A program made the translations under genes and the position numbers. Under the pieces are notes generated by a model that saw only the letters and a list, made by a program, of their open reading frames with translations, was not told where the DNA came from and ran no database searches. From contig CP149973.1 of NCBI GenBank assembly GCA_029269845.2, positions 780,001 through 812,000 on the forward strand: a stretch of DNA of 32,000 nucleotides. Direction: 5' to 3'. Below are positions 10,285 through 19,003 of this stretch, one piece after another. Origin of the DNA: Opitutia bacterium KCR 482. GTDB taxonomy: Bacteria; Verrucomicrobiota; Verrucomicrobiia; Opitutales; Intestinicryptomonadaceae. How positions within the stretch are numbered: the stretch's first letter is position 1; each line of letters starts with the position of its first letter.

Positions 10285-10287
10285 TTT

Positions 10288-11712
10288 ATGGACGCCCAAA
10301 TTCTCAAAAACAAATTCGAAGCGGCGGGTCAGGGACACGTCTTCAAATACTTCGACAAACTCTCCGAAGGGGAAAAATCGGCGTTGCTCGCGCAGCTCGA
10401 ACAGGTCGATTTGGCGGAGCTTGACGAACTCAACAAAGAGCTTGTCTTCGCCGAGGCAAAGGGCGCGGCCATCGACTTCTCGAAGCTCGAACCCGCCCCC
10501 TACAAGCCGCTCCCCGCAGACAAGGCCTCCGACCCCGAATGGCGCGAGGCAAAACGCGTCGGCGAAGAGGCTATCCGCGCGGGACGCCTTGCGGCGTTCG
10601 TCGTGGCGGGCGGACAGGGCACGAGGCTCGGCTTCAACGCCCCCAAAGGCCTCTACAAAGTGACCCCCGTAAAACAGAAGAGCCTCTTTCAGGTCTTTGC
10701 CGAAAAAATCCTCTCGGCGTCGAACAAATACGGCGTGCGCATTCCGTGGCTCGTGATGACAAGCCACATCAACGACGCCGCAACCCGCGCGTTCTTCGGG
10801 GAAAACAACTTCTTCGGACTCCGCAAAGACGACGTTGTCTTCTTCAAGCAGGGTCTCATGCCAGCGGTAGACCGCGGCGGCAAAATCATCATGGAAAGCA
10901 AGTCGAAAATCGCCATGACCCCCGACGGACACGGCGGCTGCCTGCGCGGAATGTGCCGCAGCGGGGCAATCGACGAGCTTAAAAAGCGCGGAATAGACTG
11001 CATAAGCTATTTTCAGGTGGACAACCCCCTCGTGAATATCATCGACCCCTATTTTGTGGGATTCCATATCATGAGCGGCTCGGAGATGTCGTCGAAGATG
11101 ATTCCCAAGGCGTACGAGCTTGAAAAGGTCGGGCACTTCTGCACGCTCGACGGCAAAACGTGCGTCGTGGAATACTCCGACCTCCCCGCGGAATACCAGA
11201 AACTGCGCGACGAAAACGGCAAACTGCGCTTTGTGGCGGGCAGCGTGGCAATCCACGTACTCGACCGCGACTTCGTGGAAAAGCTCGGCGGAAACAACTC
11301 TTCGGCGAAGCTGCCGTTCCACCGCGCCGACAAGAAAATTCCGTGCATCGACGAAAAGGGCAGGCAAATCAAGCCCGAAAAGCCGAACGGAATCAAATTT
11401 GAAATGTTCGTGTTCGACGCGCTCCCGATGGCGAACTCGCCCGTAATCATCGAAGGGTTCAGAGGCGACGAATTCTCGCCCGTCAAGAACGCGGAGGGCC
11501 TTGACTCGCCGCTTACATGCAAGAACCACCAGAAACAGCAGGCGGCGCGTTGGCTCGCGAAAGTCGGCGAAAAGCTCGACACCGACGCCGAAAACGTGCC
11601 GCTGTTCGACATTGAAATCTCGCCGCTGTTTGCGACGAACGAAGAGGACTTCGCCGAAAACTGGAAAGCCCTCCCCTTCGTGCCGAAAATCGAAGACGGC
11701 TTCTACCTCTAA
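10288..11712 (+). CDS. UDPGP-family UDP-sugar / UDP-N-acetylhexosamine pyrophosphorylase (eukaryotic-type)
   Basis: VAGGQGTRLGFNAPKG nucleotide-binding loop, FQVDNPL, and a length (474 aa) typical of the UAP/USP family. Starts 3 nt after the galE stop. Confidence 0.85.
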   Translation: MDAQILKNKFEAAGQGHVFKYFDKLSEGEKSALLAQLEQVDLAELDELNKELVFAEAKGAAIDFSKLEPAPYKPLPADKASDPEWREAKRVGEEAIRAGRLAAFVVAGGQGTRLGFNAPKGLYKVTPVKQKSLFQVFAEKILSASNKYGVRIPWLVMTSHINDAATRAFFGENNFFGLRKDDVVFFKQGLMPAVDRGGKIIMESKSKIAMTPDGHGGCLRGMCRSGAIDELKKRGIDCISYFQVDNPLVNIIDPYFVGFHIMSGSEMSSKMIPKAYELEKVGHFCTLDGKTCVVEYSDLPAEYQKLRDENGKLRFVAGSVAIHVLDRDFVEKLGGNNSSAKLPFHRADKKIPCIDEKGRQIKPEKPNGIKFEMFVFDALPMANSPVIIEGFRGDEFSPVKNAEGLDSPLTCKNHQKQQAARWLAKVGEKLDTDAENVPLFDIEISPLFATNEEDFAENWKALPFVPKIEDGFYL

Positions 11713-11730
11713 ACGAAAATTTGGAAAAAC

Positions 11731-11760
11731 AAAAGGCGGCATTTTTTGCCGCCTTTTTTT
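11731..11760. terminator. Bidirectional rho-independent terminator between convergent operons
   Basis: AAAAGGCGGC-attttt-GCCGCCTTTTTTT: a GC stem flanked by an A run and a T run. Confidence 0.75.
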
Positions 11761-11876
11761 GCGCCCGAAAAATCGGTATTTACACAGTCTGCCGCGCCCG
11801 CGCCGCAGCGGAGCGACTAAAAGAGCGCGCAACGCGCGAAATGACGCGAAAATTTAAGCGCGGCGGACGGGCGGAA

Positions 11877-12590
11877 TTAAAAGGTTTTGCCGTTTTTCAA
11901 AAGCTCCCAAAAAATCTTGGAGCGCGAGGCGAAGACCCTGTCGTTTTCGGCGATTTCCGACTCCGCCGCCGCGACAATTTCGGAGGGGATTGCGCCCGTT
12001 TCGGCAAACGCCCTGCCCGCTTCTACAAAAGAATCGAGTATGCGGCGCACGCGCGCCGAACGCGCCCCTAGTGCGCCGAAGTAGGGGGTTTCTCCGCGCC
12101 TGATGTCGGCGGCGTATTCCATGTTCATGGAGTCCGCGATGGCGGCGTAGGTTTTGGAGAGCGCGTCGAACGACGAAATCCGCCCCGACGCCGCGCCTAT
12201 TGTTATGAGCTTTTTGCGGACGGAGGCGGCAATGCACGCGCAACGCCCCTTTTCGGCATCGTAGGCGTATCCGCGCACGAGCGGGAAGCACCTGTCGAAG
12301 AACGCCTTTGTCTGCGCGCTCATGGAATAGAAGTAGACGGGGCTTGCGCACACGAGCGCGTCGGACGCGGCGAGGGTTTCGAGAAGCCCGCGCATGTCGT
12401 CGCGCAAAGCGCAGACGCCGCCGCTGCGGACGCAGTGGAAACAGCCGAGGCACGGCGAAATTTTAAGCGAGGTCAAATCGGCGTCGAAGACCTCCGCGCC
12501 GACGCCGCGAAGCCCGCGGACGAAGAGGTCGGCAAGCCGCGCGGTCGCGCCGTTTTTGCGCGGGCTTCCCCTTACGACAAGAACCTTCAT
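11877..12590 (-). CDS. Iron-sulfur flavoprotein-type NADPH-dependent FMN reductase family protein
   Basis: MKVLVVRGSPRKNGAT flavodoxin-like N-terminus and a compact Cys motif C-LG-C-FH-C-x6-C as in ISF proteins. Its ATG overlaps the fabZ stop (ATGA). The longer track ORF up to 12929 overlaps fabZ and is rejected. Confidence 0.8.
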   Translation of the reverse strand: MKVLVVRGSPRKNGATARLADLFVRGLRGVGAEVFDADLTSLKISPCLGCFHCVRSGGVCALRDDMRGLLETLAASDALVCASPVYFYSMSAQTKAFFDRCFPLVRGYAYDAEKGRCACIAASVRKKLITIGAASGRISSFDALSKTYAAIADSMNMEYAADIRRGETPYFGALGARSARVRRILDSFVEAGRAFAETGAIPSEIVAAAESEIAENDRVFASRSKIFWELLKNGKTF

Positions 12591-13030
12591 TTCGCCTCCG
12601 CGAGCACGAGCGTGCCCGACGCCGCGACTTTCCGCCCGCTCGAAATTTCGACCGAAAACTGGCGCAAAGCCCCGAACGATTTTGCAAGCTCGGCGCGAAT
12701 CGCAAGCGTTTCGCCCGCATGCACCACGTTTGTGAATTTCACGTTGTTCGAGGCAAGGTAGAACACCCGCGCAGGCTCGGTCGGCTGAGCCCCGCCCGCG
12801 GCGTCGAGGGCCACGATAATCCCGCTCGACTGCGCCATTGCCTCGACCATCAAGACCCCCGGCATAATCGGGTTGTCGGGGAAGTGCCCCTTGAAAAACG
12901 GATATTCGGGGTCGAGAAAAAGCCTGCATTCGACGGATTTCCCGCGCTCGTACGACTCCACCGAATCGACGAACAAAAACGGTTCGCGCTGCGGCAGATA
13001 TTTTTTTACTTCGTCTTTTCCGAGAATCAT
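12587..13030 (-). CDS. fabZ: 3-hydroxyacyl-[ACP] dehydratase
   Basis: LPQREPFLFVDSV...FFKGHFPDNPIMPGVLMVEAMAQ is the FabZ hot-dog signature. Start taken at MILGKDE. Confidence 0.9.
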   Translation of the reverse strand: MILGKDEVKKYLPQREPFLFVDSVESYERGKSVECRLFLDPEYPFFKGHFPDNPIMPGVLMVEAMAQSSGIIVALDAAGGAQPTEPARVFYLASNNVKFTNVVHAGETLAIRAELAKSFGALRQFSVEISSGRKVAASGTLVLAEAK

Positions 13031-13037
13031 TGGGGCA

Positions 13038-13865
13038 TTATCGCCCGCCGCTCCCCGCCGCGCAAGACTTTTCGGCGCGGATTTCCGCCACGCGCTTTGC
13101 AATCATGCGCTGGGCGGCGGCGCAAAGCGCGTCGGCGTTGCGGTAGTCGGACGGTTTCAGCACGCCGATTCCCTCGACGGTATACGACGCCATGCGCGGC
13201 GGCAAAAGCCCCTTCTGGTCTTTCGAAAAAAACGGCGAATCCGCAACGACGCACATCGCAACTACATCGCAGCCGCGCTCGTACGCGAGCTTGAACGCAA
13301 GGCTCTTGAACTCGCCAACGCGCCCCGACTTCGAGCGCGAGCCTTCGGGAAAAATCAGGTAGTTTTTGCCCTCCGCAAGCAGCCGCTTCGAGCGTTCGAG
13401 CACATAAGAAAGCTCGGCGCGCACGGAGGCGTCGGACGCCGAAGCCCAGCCGATTTCGATGAAGTCGAAGCACTTTACAAGATACCAAATTGCGAGGATT
13501 TTCCCGTACTTGTTTTTCAGCAAAACCCCCGCGTCGGGAATGAGCGCGAGCGCGTACATGGGGTCGAGCAGCGTGCCGTGGTTGCATACGAACACCGCGC
13601 CCTTTCGGCGGAACAGCTCCGCGCCGCGCACGCGCGAAAGCCCCACGAAGCGCAGCGGCGACGCCGCCGTTATGAACATGAAATGCAGAAGCCTGCGCAG
13701 GCAAAACGACATAGCCGCCGACCGCCTCTTCGCGGGGCAAAACAGCGCAACCGGAAGCGTTGCGACGACGAAAACCGCGTTGCAGACGGCGTAGAGAAAC
13801 GCGCCGAAGGAAATCCAAAACTTCCAGACGGCGGTTTTTGCGGTGGCTGTTGCGCGTTCAAACAT
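13038..13865 (-). CDS. Lysophospholipid (1-acyl-sn-glycerol-3-phosphate) acyltransferase family, membrane-anchored
   Basis: Acyltransferase motifs NHGTLLD (HX4D) and FPEGSRS, with N-terminal TM segments. Confidence 0.85.
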   Translation of the reverse strand: MFERATATAKTAVWKFWISFGAFLYAVCNAVFVVATLPVALFCPAKRRSAAMSFCLRRLLHFMFITAASPLRFVGLSRVRGAELFRRKGAVFVCNHGTLLDPMYALALIPDAGVLLKNKYGKILAIWYLVKCFDFIEIGWASASDASVRAELSYVLERSKRLLAEGKNYLIFPEGSRSKSGRVGEFKSLAFKLAYERGCDVVAMCVVADSPFFSKDQKGLLPPRMASYTVEGIGVLKPSDYRNADALCAAAQRMIAKRVAEIRAEKSCAAGSGGR

Positions 13866-13869
13866 AGTC

Positions 13870-13899
13870 TTGACAAGTCAAACCTACGGAAAATATCAT
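13870..13899 (+). promoter_or_regulatory. Candidate sigma70-type promoter for the lipoprotein gene
   Basis: TTGACA (13870-13875), an 18-nt spacer, then TATCAT (13894-13899). The -35 element sits inside the inverted repeat TTGAC-AA-GTCAA. Confidence 0.3.
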
Positions 13900-13913
13900 T
13901 TCAACACAATTCT

Positions 13914-14306
13914 ATGAAAAAACCTATTTACATTGCACTGGCGGCACTCGCGCTCGCGGGAGTCGTATTTACGTCGGGCTGCTCCACGACGACAAGAAGA
14001 AACAGCGAACAAATGGCGCAGGCGGGGCAGACCCAGCTGGCGTTCCAAAATCTCGGCGCGTCGAAAGCCTCGGTGCGCGACGCCCTGCTGACGTCGCTCA
14101 CACTCCGCAAATGGAGCGTGCTCTCCGACGGCGACCCGATTGTCGCGCAAATCTCGCACGGCGGGCAGCTCGCGAAAATTTCGGCGGCGGTCTCCGACGG
14201 CGGAATCGTGTTCGAAACAAAAGGCTCGAACATTAACGGCAGCCCGTATGTCCCGATTCGCTATGTGGACATGCTCATGAAGACCGTCCGCAAAAACCTG
14301 AAATAG
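13914..14306 (+). CDS. Small lipoprotein, unknown function
   Basis: MKKPIYIALAALALAGVVFTSGC is a signal peptide with a lipobox-like Cys. This is the C-terminal part of the 477-aa track ORF, whose upstream portion is antisense to plsC/fabZ. Confidence 0.75.
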   Translation: MKKPIYIALAALALAGVVFTSGCSTTTRRNSEQMAQAGQTQLAFQNLGASKASVRDALLTSLTLRKWSVLSDGDPIVAQISHGGQLAKISAAVSDGGIVFETKGSNINGSPYVPIRYVDMLMKTVRKNLK

Positions 14307-14315
14307 GACGGAAAT

Positions 14316-14969
14316 TCACCTTTCGGAATCCGCGGGCTTGCGCCTGCGGATTTTTTTGTAGTACACGTTCGCCGAAATATGGAACACCGCGAGCACCGCG
14401 ACAAGCGCGACAAACGCCGCGTATTTTTTCGCGCCCTCCTCCGACATCGACGATGCAAAAAAATTCATAGCCCCCGCAATCGCCCCCTGCCCGATTAGGT
14501 TGACCGACATGTACAGCGCAAAGCCCGTGTGCATTCCCCCCAAGACGACATTCTGAACCCAATACGGTATTCCGGGGACTACCCTCACGGCGAAATTTAC
14601 GTTGAACATTCCCGCGCCGCAAGAGTCGGAGGCAAAGGGAATTTTCCGCAAAAGCCCGCGCAAGAGGGAGTCGGGGAAAAAGAAGCGTCCGAGCGCGTAG
14701 CCTATTGCCGAGCTTATCGCGAGCACCGCTGCGCACACGCCCCAGCCGAACCAGAAGCCGAACGCCGCCCCAGCGAGCAGATAGCAGAGCGAAAGCGGAA
14801 AGCCGAACGCGCAGCCTACCGACATCAGGCAGAAAAACAGAAACGCGCTGTCGGAATGCGCGCGCGCGACGTCGCCGACAAGCGAGAACAGTTCGCCCCA
14901 GCCGATGAAAATTTCGACCGACGCGACAATCGCTGCCGCCGCGCAAATTTTGAAAATGCCCGCCTTCAT
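14316..14969 (-). CDS. TVP38/TMEM64 (DedA-related, SNARE-associated) family membrane protein
   Basis: Start at MKAGIFKI. Polytopic, with a GFPLSLCYLLAGAAFGFWFGWG core typical of the family, and a basic C-terminal tail. Confidence 0.75.
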   Translation of the reverse strand: MKAGIFKICAAAAIVASVEIFIGWGELFSLVGDVARAHSDSAFLFFCLMSVGCAFGFPLSLCYLLAGAAFGFWFGWGVCAAVLAISSAIGYALGRFFFPDSLLRGLLRKIPFASDSCGAGMFNVNFAVRVVPGIPYWVQNVVLGGMHTGFALYMSVNLIGQGAIAGAMNFFASSMSEEGAKKYAAFVALVAVLAVFHISANVYYKKIRRRKPADSER

Positions 14970-15076
14970 TCGAAACGCCGCGCGCACGCGCGACAAAACA
15001 AAAGACAAAGCACGCAAGCCGCGAACGCAACAAGATTTTTGTTTCTTTTGAAAAAAATCGTGCGATAATCCGCGCC

Positions 15077-15550
15077 ATGAACGAAAAGACGAATGTCGTA
15101 AGAGTTTTGGAACGCGCGAAAATAGATTTCGCGTTCCACACATATTCCACTACGGGCGCGATTAGCGGAGTCGAAGTGGCGAAGGCTATCGGCAAAGACT
15201 GCTCGCGCGTGTTCAAGACGCTCGCGACGGTCGGGAAGTCGAAGCGCAATTTCGTGTTCGTCATTCCCGTGGCGAAAGAGCTTGACCTCAAAAAGGCGGC
15301 GGCGGCGGTCGGCGAAAAATCGGTTGAGATGCTCAAACAGAAGGACCTTCTGCCCACAACGGGCTACGTCCACGGGGGCTGCTCGCCAATCGGCATGAAA
15401 AAGCAGTTCGAGACGGTCTTCGACAGTAGCGCGGAGGCGTGCGAAACGATAGTGTTCAGCGCGGGGAAAATCGGCTACCAAGTCGAGCTGCCGCTGGCGT
15501 CGCTTTCAAAGGTGCTAAAATACAAAACGGCGGACATCACGACGGACTGA
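15077..15550 (+). CDS. ybaK: Cys-tRNA(Pro)/Cys-tRNA(Cys) deacylase
   Basis: Full-length resemblance to YbaK/EbsC: ...TGYVHGGCSPIGMKK...IVFSAGKIGYQVEL... Confidence 0.88.
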   Translation: MNEKTNVVRVLERAKIDFAFHTYSTTGAISGVEVAKAIGKDCSRVFKTLATVGKSKRNFVFVIPVAKELDLKKAAAAVGEKSVEMLKQKDLLPTTGYVHGGCSPIGMKKQFETVFDSSAEACETIVFSAGKIGYQVELPLASLSKVLKYKTADITTD

Positions 15551-15571
15551 AAAATTCCCGCGCCCCGCAAA

Positions 15572-15611
15572 AAAACGCCGTTCGGAGTGATCCGCGCGGC
15601 GTTTTGCGTTT
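15572..15611. terminator. Bidirectional terminator between ybaK and the convergent membrane-protein gene
   Basis: AAAACGCCG...CGGCGTTTT outer stem, inner CGGA-gtga-TCCG stem, flanked by A and T runs. Confidence 0.65.
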
Positions 15612-15630
15612 TCGGAAAAAGGGAGGGAAT

Positions 15631-16287
15631 TTAAGCTTTCGGAGAGTCGGGCAGAACCTCGAATTCGGCGTCGGCAACGGTTTCGCAACCCGCGGCGAGG
15701 GCGTCGAGCTTCGCCGTCTGCAAGTCTGTAATTTTCGAAACAAGCTTTACTGACAGAACGCAGTAGGCAATACCGAAAGCAAACCCTGCGAACGACGGAA
15801 CGAAGTTCATAAACAGGAACATCGCCCACCACCATTTTACGAGCTTCATGGCGTCGTCGGGCGCGTTGTAGGGCTTGGAATTTGTGGCGAAGAGAATCTG
15901 CTTCATTGCGATGTAGGGCATGAAATAGTTTAAAATCGGGATAAGATTCCACGCGACAGTCCACGCGGGCGTCATCATGAACGTCTTTTTGCCCGTTTTT
16001 GCGTTCTCCATAAAGCCGTCTTTGTTGAATAGAAACTTGTTCTTTGCGGCGGCGTGCAGCCACATCAGGTAGAACACAGCGCAGCAAAGCAAAACCGCGG
16101 CGAACGCGAGCATGCCCACGCCCGCAACGATAGCCCAAAGCGCGGGCGGTTCGGGCATGAAGCTGATAACAAGAACGCAGGGAAAGGCGAGAGCGTAGAG
16201 CGCGGCGCTTGCCCACAGCAGTTTTATTGTCCAGCCCGCCCTGAACGAAAGTTTCAATTTGGAGTCGGAGATTTCTTTTTTTTCCAT
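15631..16287 (-). CDS. DUF4328-like integral membrane protein
   Basis: Start at MEKKEIS, four or more TM segments, and a PAWTVAWNLIPILNYFMPYIAMKQI motif resembling DUF4328. Confidence 0.7.
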   Translation of the reverse strand: MEKKEISDSKLKLSFRAGWTIKLLWASAALYALAFPCVLVISFMPEPPALWAIVAGVGMLAFAAVLLCCAVFYLMWLHAAAKNKFLFNKDGFMENAKTGKKTFMMTPAWTVAWNLIPILNYFMPYIAMKQILFATNSKPYNAPDDAMKLVKWWWAMFLFMNFVPSFAGFAFGIAYCVLSVKLVSKITDLQTAKLDALAAGCETVADAEFEVLPDSPKA

Positions 16288-16398
16288 GCCAAAATTATGA
16301 CAGACGCGGCGGCGAATTGTCAATTTTATCCAAAAAAAAAAAATTTGACGCGGGCGGGAATGCGCGGTAGTTTTTTTTGCGTATAAGGCTAATATATC

Positions 16399-17796
16399 AT
16401 GGGTAAATTCATAAGGACATTCTCCGCGCTCTGCGCGGCGGTTTTAACTGCGCTTTCGGCGGTCGCGGCGCAACAGCGCACGCCGAACCCCGTAAAATAC
16501 GTTTTCCTTTTCATCGGCGACGGAATGTCGATTCCCCAGCGCATGATGACGGAGGAATTTCTCAGGCTAAACAACAGGGAGGGGCTTCTCATCAACGCGC
16601 TCCCCAACAACGCAATCACGTACACGCGCTCGGCAAACTCCTTCATTACGGACTCCGCCGCAAGCGGCACGGCGATTGCGTGCGGAACGAAAACAGACAA
16701 CGGGAAAATCGGCGTAAACCCGAAGGGCGAAAAGCTTGAATCGGTGGCGTACGCGGCAAAAAAGGCGGGAAAGAAAGTCGGGATAATCACGAGCGTTACA
16801 ATCAACCACGCGACCCCCGCGGCGTTCTACGCCCACAACGACAGCCGCGGCAACTACTACGAAATCGCCCTCGACATGCTCTCGTCGGGCTTCGACTTTT
16901 TCGGCGGCGGCGGCGTCAGCAAAAACGACGACAAAAAATCCAAATCCTACAAGGGCGACATCTACACGCTCGCACAAAACGACGGCTGGCGCGTGTTCCG
17001 CAACGGAACTCTCGAACAGCTCGCGACGCTCAAAAACGGCGACGAAAAGCTCATGTTCTTCGCGGCGGACAAAGCCATGCCCTATGCAATCGACGACGAT
17101 TCGGGCGTTAGAATCGCCGAAATCACAAAAAAGGCGATTGAGGTTCTCGACAACCCCAAGGGATTTTTCATGATGGTAGAAGGCGGCAAGATTGACTGGA
17201 TGTGCCACGCAAACGACGCCGCCACGGTTCTGCGCGAAGTCGTCGATTTCGACAAGGCGGTGCGCGTAGCGTACGAATTCGCGAAAAAGCACCCCTCCGA
17301 AACCCTTATTGTTGTTACGGGCGACCACGAAACAGGCGGGCTTACCCTCGGCTTTGCCGGCACGGGCTACAACTCTTACATAAACCTGCTCGACAACCAG
17401 AAGTGCTCGCGCGAGCGGTTTTCGGAAATGCTTTCCGACGCGCGAAAGCAAAACGAAAAGCTCTCGCTCGACGATATAAAGCCGCTCATCACAAAATGGC
17501 TCGGGCTGAAATTCGAGGGCGACCCGAAAGCGGACAGGCTTGTTGTAAACGCCGCGGAGCTTGAATCTCTGCAAAGGTCTTTCGCCGACACGCTCGCGAA
17601 AAGCCCCAAAGCCGCCGACAAGTTCGGACGCGCCGCGACGATGGTTCTCGACAACAAGTCGGCGGTTGCGTGGACTTCGGGCGCGCACACGGCTCTGCCC
17701 GTAAGCACGACATCGTTCGGCTCGCAGTCGGAAATCTTCAACGGAACTATCGACAACACAGACATCTCGAAGCTGCTGAAAGAAGCGGTCAAATAA
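16399..17796 (+). CDS. phoA: Alkaline phosphatase (PhoA family), secreted
   Basis: Signal peptide, metal ligand FIGDGMS, active site TDSAASGTA, and later DWMCHAND and GDHETGG. Confidence 0.92.
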   Translation: MGKFIRTFSALCAAVLTALSAVAAQQRTPNPVKYVFLFIGDGMSIPQRMMTEEFLRLNNREGLLINALPNNAITYTRSANSFITDSAASGTAIACGTKTDNGKIGVNPKGEKLESVAYAAKKAGKKVGIITSVTINHATPAAFYAHNDSRGNYYEIALDMLSSGFDFFGGGGVSKNDDKKSKSYKGDIYTLAQNDGWRVFRNGTLEQLATLKNGDEKLMFFAADKAMPYAIDDDSGVRIAEITKKAIEVLDNPKGFFMMVEGGKIDWMCHANDAATVLREVVDFDKAVRVAYEFAKKHPSETLIVVTGDHETGGLTLGFAGTGYNSYINLLDNQKCSRERFSEMLSDARKQNEKLSLDDIKPLITKWLGLKFEGDPKADRLVVNAAELESLQRSFADTLAKSPKAADKFGRAATMVLDNKSAVAWTSGAHTALPVSTTSFGSQSEIFNGTIDNTDISKLLKEAVK

Positions 17797-18921
17797 ATGG
17801 CGTCCGCAAAAAAAGACGTTCTGATGTCGATAATTTTCGCCGTGCTCTGCGCGGCGATTTTTATGTTGCCGTCGGTCGAGCGCGAAAGCGAGGGCACGAA
17901 GGAAAGAGCCGTCGTGCTTTCGGTGGACAACGCGAACATAATGTCGGTCGGGCTTATCAAACAGGGCGAGCAGAAGCTTGAAGTGGAGGTGCAAAGCGGC
18001 AAATTCAAGGGCGAAAAATTCGCGGCGATGAACGTACTTCGCGCGCAGATGGACCTCGACAAAATCTTCGAAGTCGGCGACGAAGCCCTTGTGGGAATTC
18101 CCCACGGAGCGACGCCGCAGGGCACTACAATCAACGCGCAGGACCACTACCGCACGGGCTGGACTTTTGCGCTGCTGGGAATCTTCGCGGTGCTGCTGTT
18201 CGCGTATGCCGGCGCAATCGGCGTGAAGGCGGTGCTCTCTTTCGTGTTTTCGTGCGCGGTAATCTGGAAGATTGTAGTTCCCCTTTGTCTGCGCGGGATA
18301 AGCCCCATTGCGGTGTGTCTCGGCGCGGTCTGCGTGCTGTCGGCGGCGATAATTTTCCTTGTGGGCGGGCTTACGCGCAAGGGCTTTTCGGCGTTCGCGG
18401 GAACGGTGTCGGGAGTGCTGGCAAGCTGCATCACGGGCTGGATTTTCGCGGGGCTTTTCAAAATCAACGGCGCGGTTATGCCGTACTCGCAGGCGCTGCT
18501 CTATTCGGGCTACGAATTTCTTAGCCTTCCCGACATCTACATAGGGGCGATTTTCCTCTCGTCGTCGGGCGCGGTGATGGATTTGAGCATGGACGTTGCG
18601 GCGGGCATGGACGAGCTTCTGCGCCGCAATCCGAATCTTTCGCGGAAAAAGCTGATGGAATCTGGCTTCCGAATCGGGCGGGTAGTTGTGGGCACGATGA
18701 CGACGACGTTGCTGCTCGCCTATTCGGGCGGATACCTTACGCTGATGATGACGTTTTCGGCGCAGGGCGTTTCGCCGACGGACTTCATAAACAATCCGTA
18801 TGTCGCAAGCGAGTGCGTGAAGACGCTCGTAGGCTCGTTCGGGCTTGTGCTCGTTGCGCCGTTTACGGCAATCGCGGGCGCGTTCATTCTCAAAGCCGAC
18901 GCCCGCAAAGCCCGCGCGTAG
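17797..18921 (+). CDS. YibE/F family membrane protein
   Basis: ATG directly abuts the phoA TAA. One N-terminal TM, an extracytoplasmic domain of about 110 aa, then 6-7 TMs. The SSGAVMDLSMDVAAGMDEL...GRVVVGTMTTTLLLAYSG core is YibE/F-like. Confidence 0.7.
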   Translation: MASAKKDVLMSIIFAVLCAAIFMLPSVERESEGTKERAVVLSVDNANIMSVGLIKQGEQKLEVEVQSGKFKGEKFAAMNVLRAQMDLDKIFEVGDEALVGIPHGATPQGTTINAQDHYRTGWTFALLGIFAVLLFAYAGAIGVKAVLSFVFSCAVIWKIVVPLCLRGISPIAVCLGAVCVLSAAIIFLVGGLTRKGFSAFAGTVSGVLASCITGWIFAGLFKINGAVMPYSQALLYSGYEFLSLPDIYIGAIFLSSSGAVMDLSMDVAAGMDELLRRNPNLSRKKLMESGFRIGRVVVGTMTTTLLLAYSGGYLTLMMTFSAQGVSPTDFINNPYVASECVKTLVGSFGLVLVAPFTAIAGAFILKADARKARA

Positions 18922-19003
18922 CCCGCGCGGTTTCCGTTTTCGCCGCCGCGCCTAATTGCTTTACTTGCGGGCAAAATTCTGAAATGCTTTACGCAAAAAT
19001 ATC

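Noticed and set aside
9637-11832. 731-aa minus-strand ORF spanning galE, the pyrophosphorylase gene and the terminator
   Set aside because: It is antisense to two genes with unmistakable family signatures. Its R/V/F/E-rich low-information translation is the usual stop-poor shadow frame of GC-rich coding DNA.
12591-12929. N-terminal extension of the flavoprotein ORF (350-aa version)
   Set aside because: It would overlap fabZ by about 340 nt in another frame. The internal MKVLVV start gives a canonical flavodoxin-like N-terminus and an ATGA junction with fabZ.
12873-13913. Long N-terminal portion of the 477-aa plus-strand ORF
   Set aside because: It overlaps fabZ and the acyltransferase on the opposite strand and is R-rich. 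A clean lipoprotein signal peptide begins at the internal ATG 13914, downstream of a promoter-like element.
14275-15357. 360-aa minus-strand ORF overlapping the TVP38-like gene and ybaK
   Set aside because: It is in a different frame from the convincing polytopic membrane protein and antisense to ybaK. The translation is low-complexity and R/L/A-rich.
16567-18147. 526-aa minus-strand ORF across phoA and yibE/F
   Set aside because: Antisense shadow ORF. The plus-strand genes carry diagnostic motifs (DSAASGTA, the YibE/F core).
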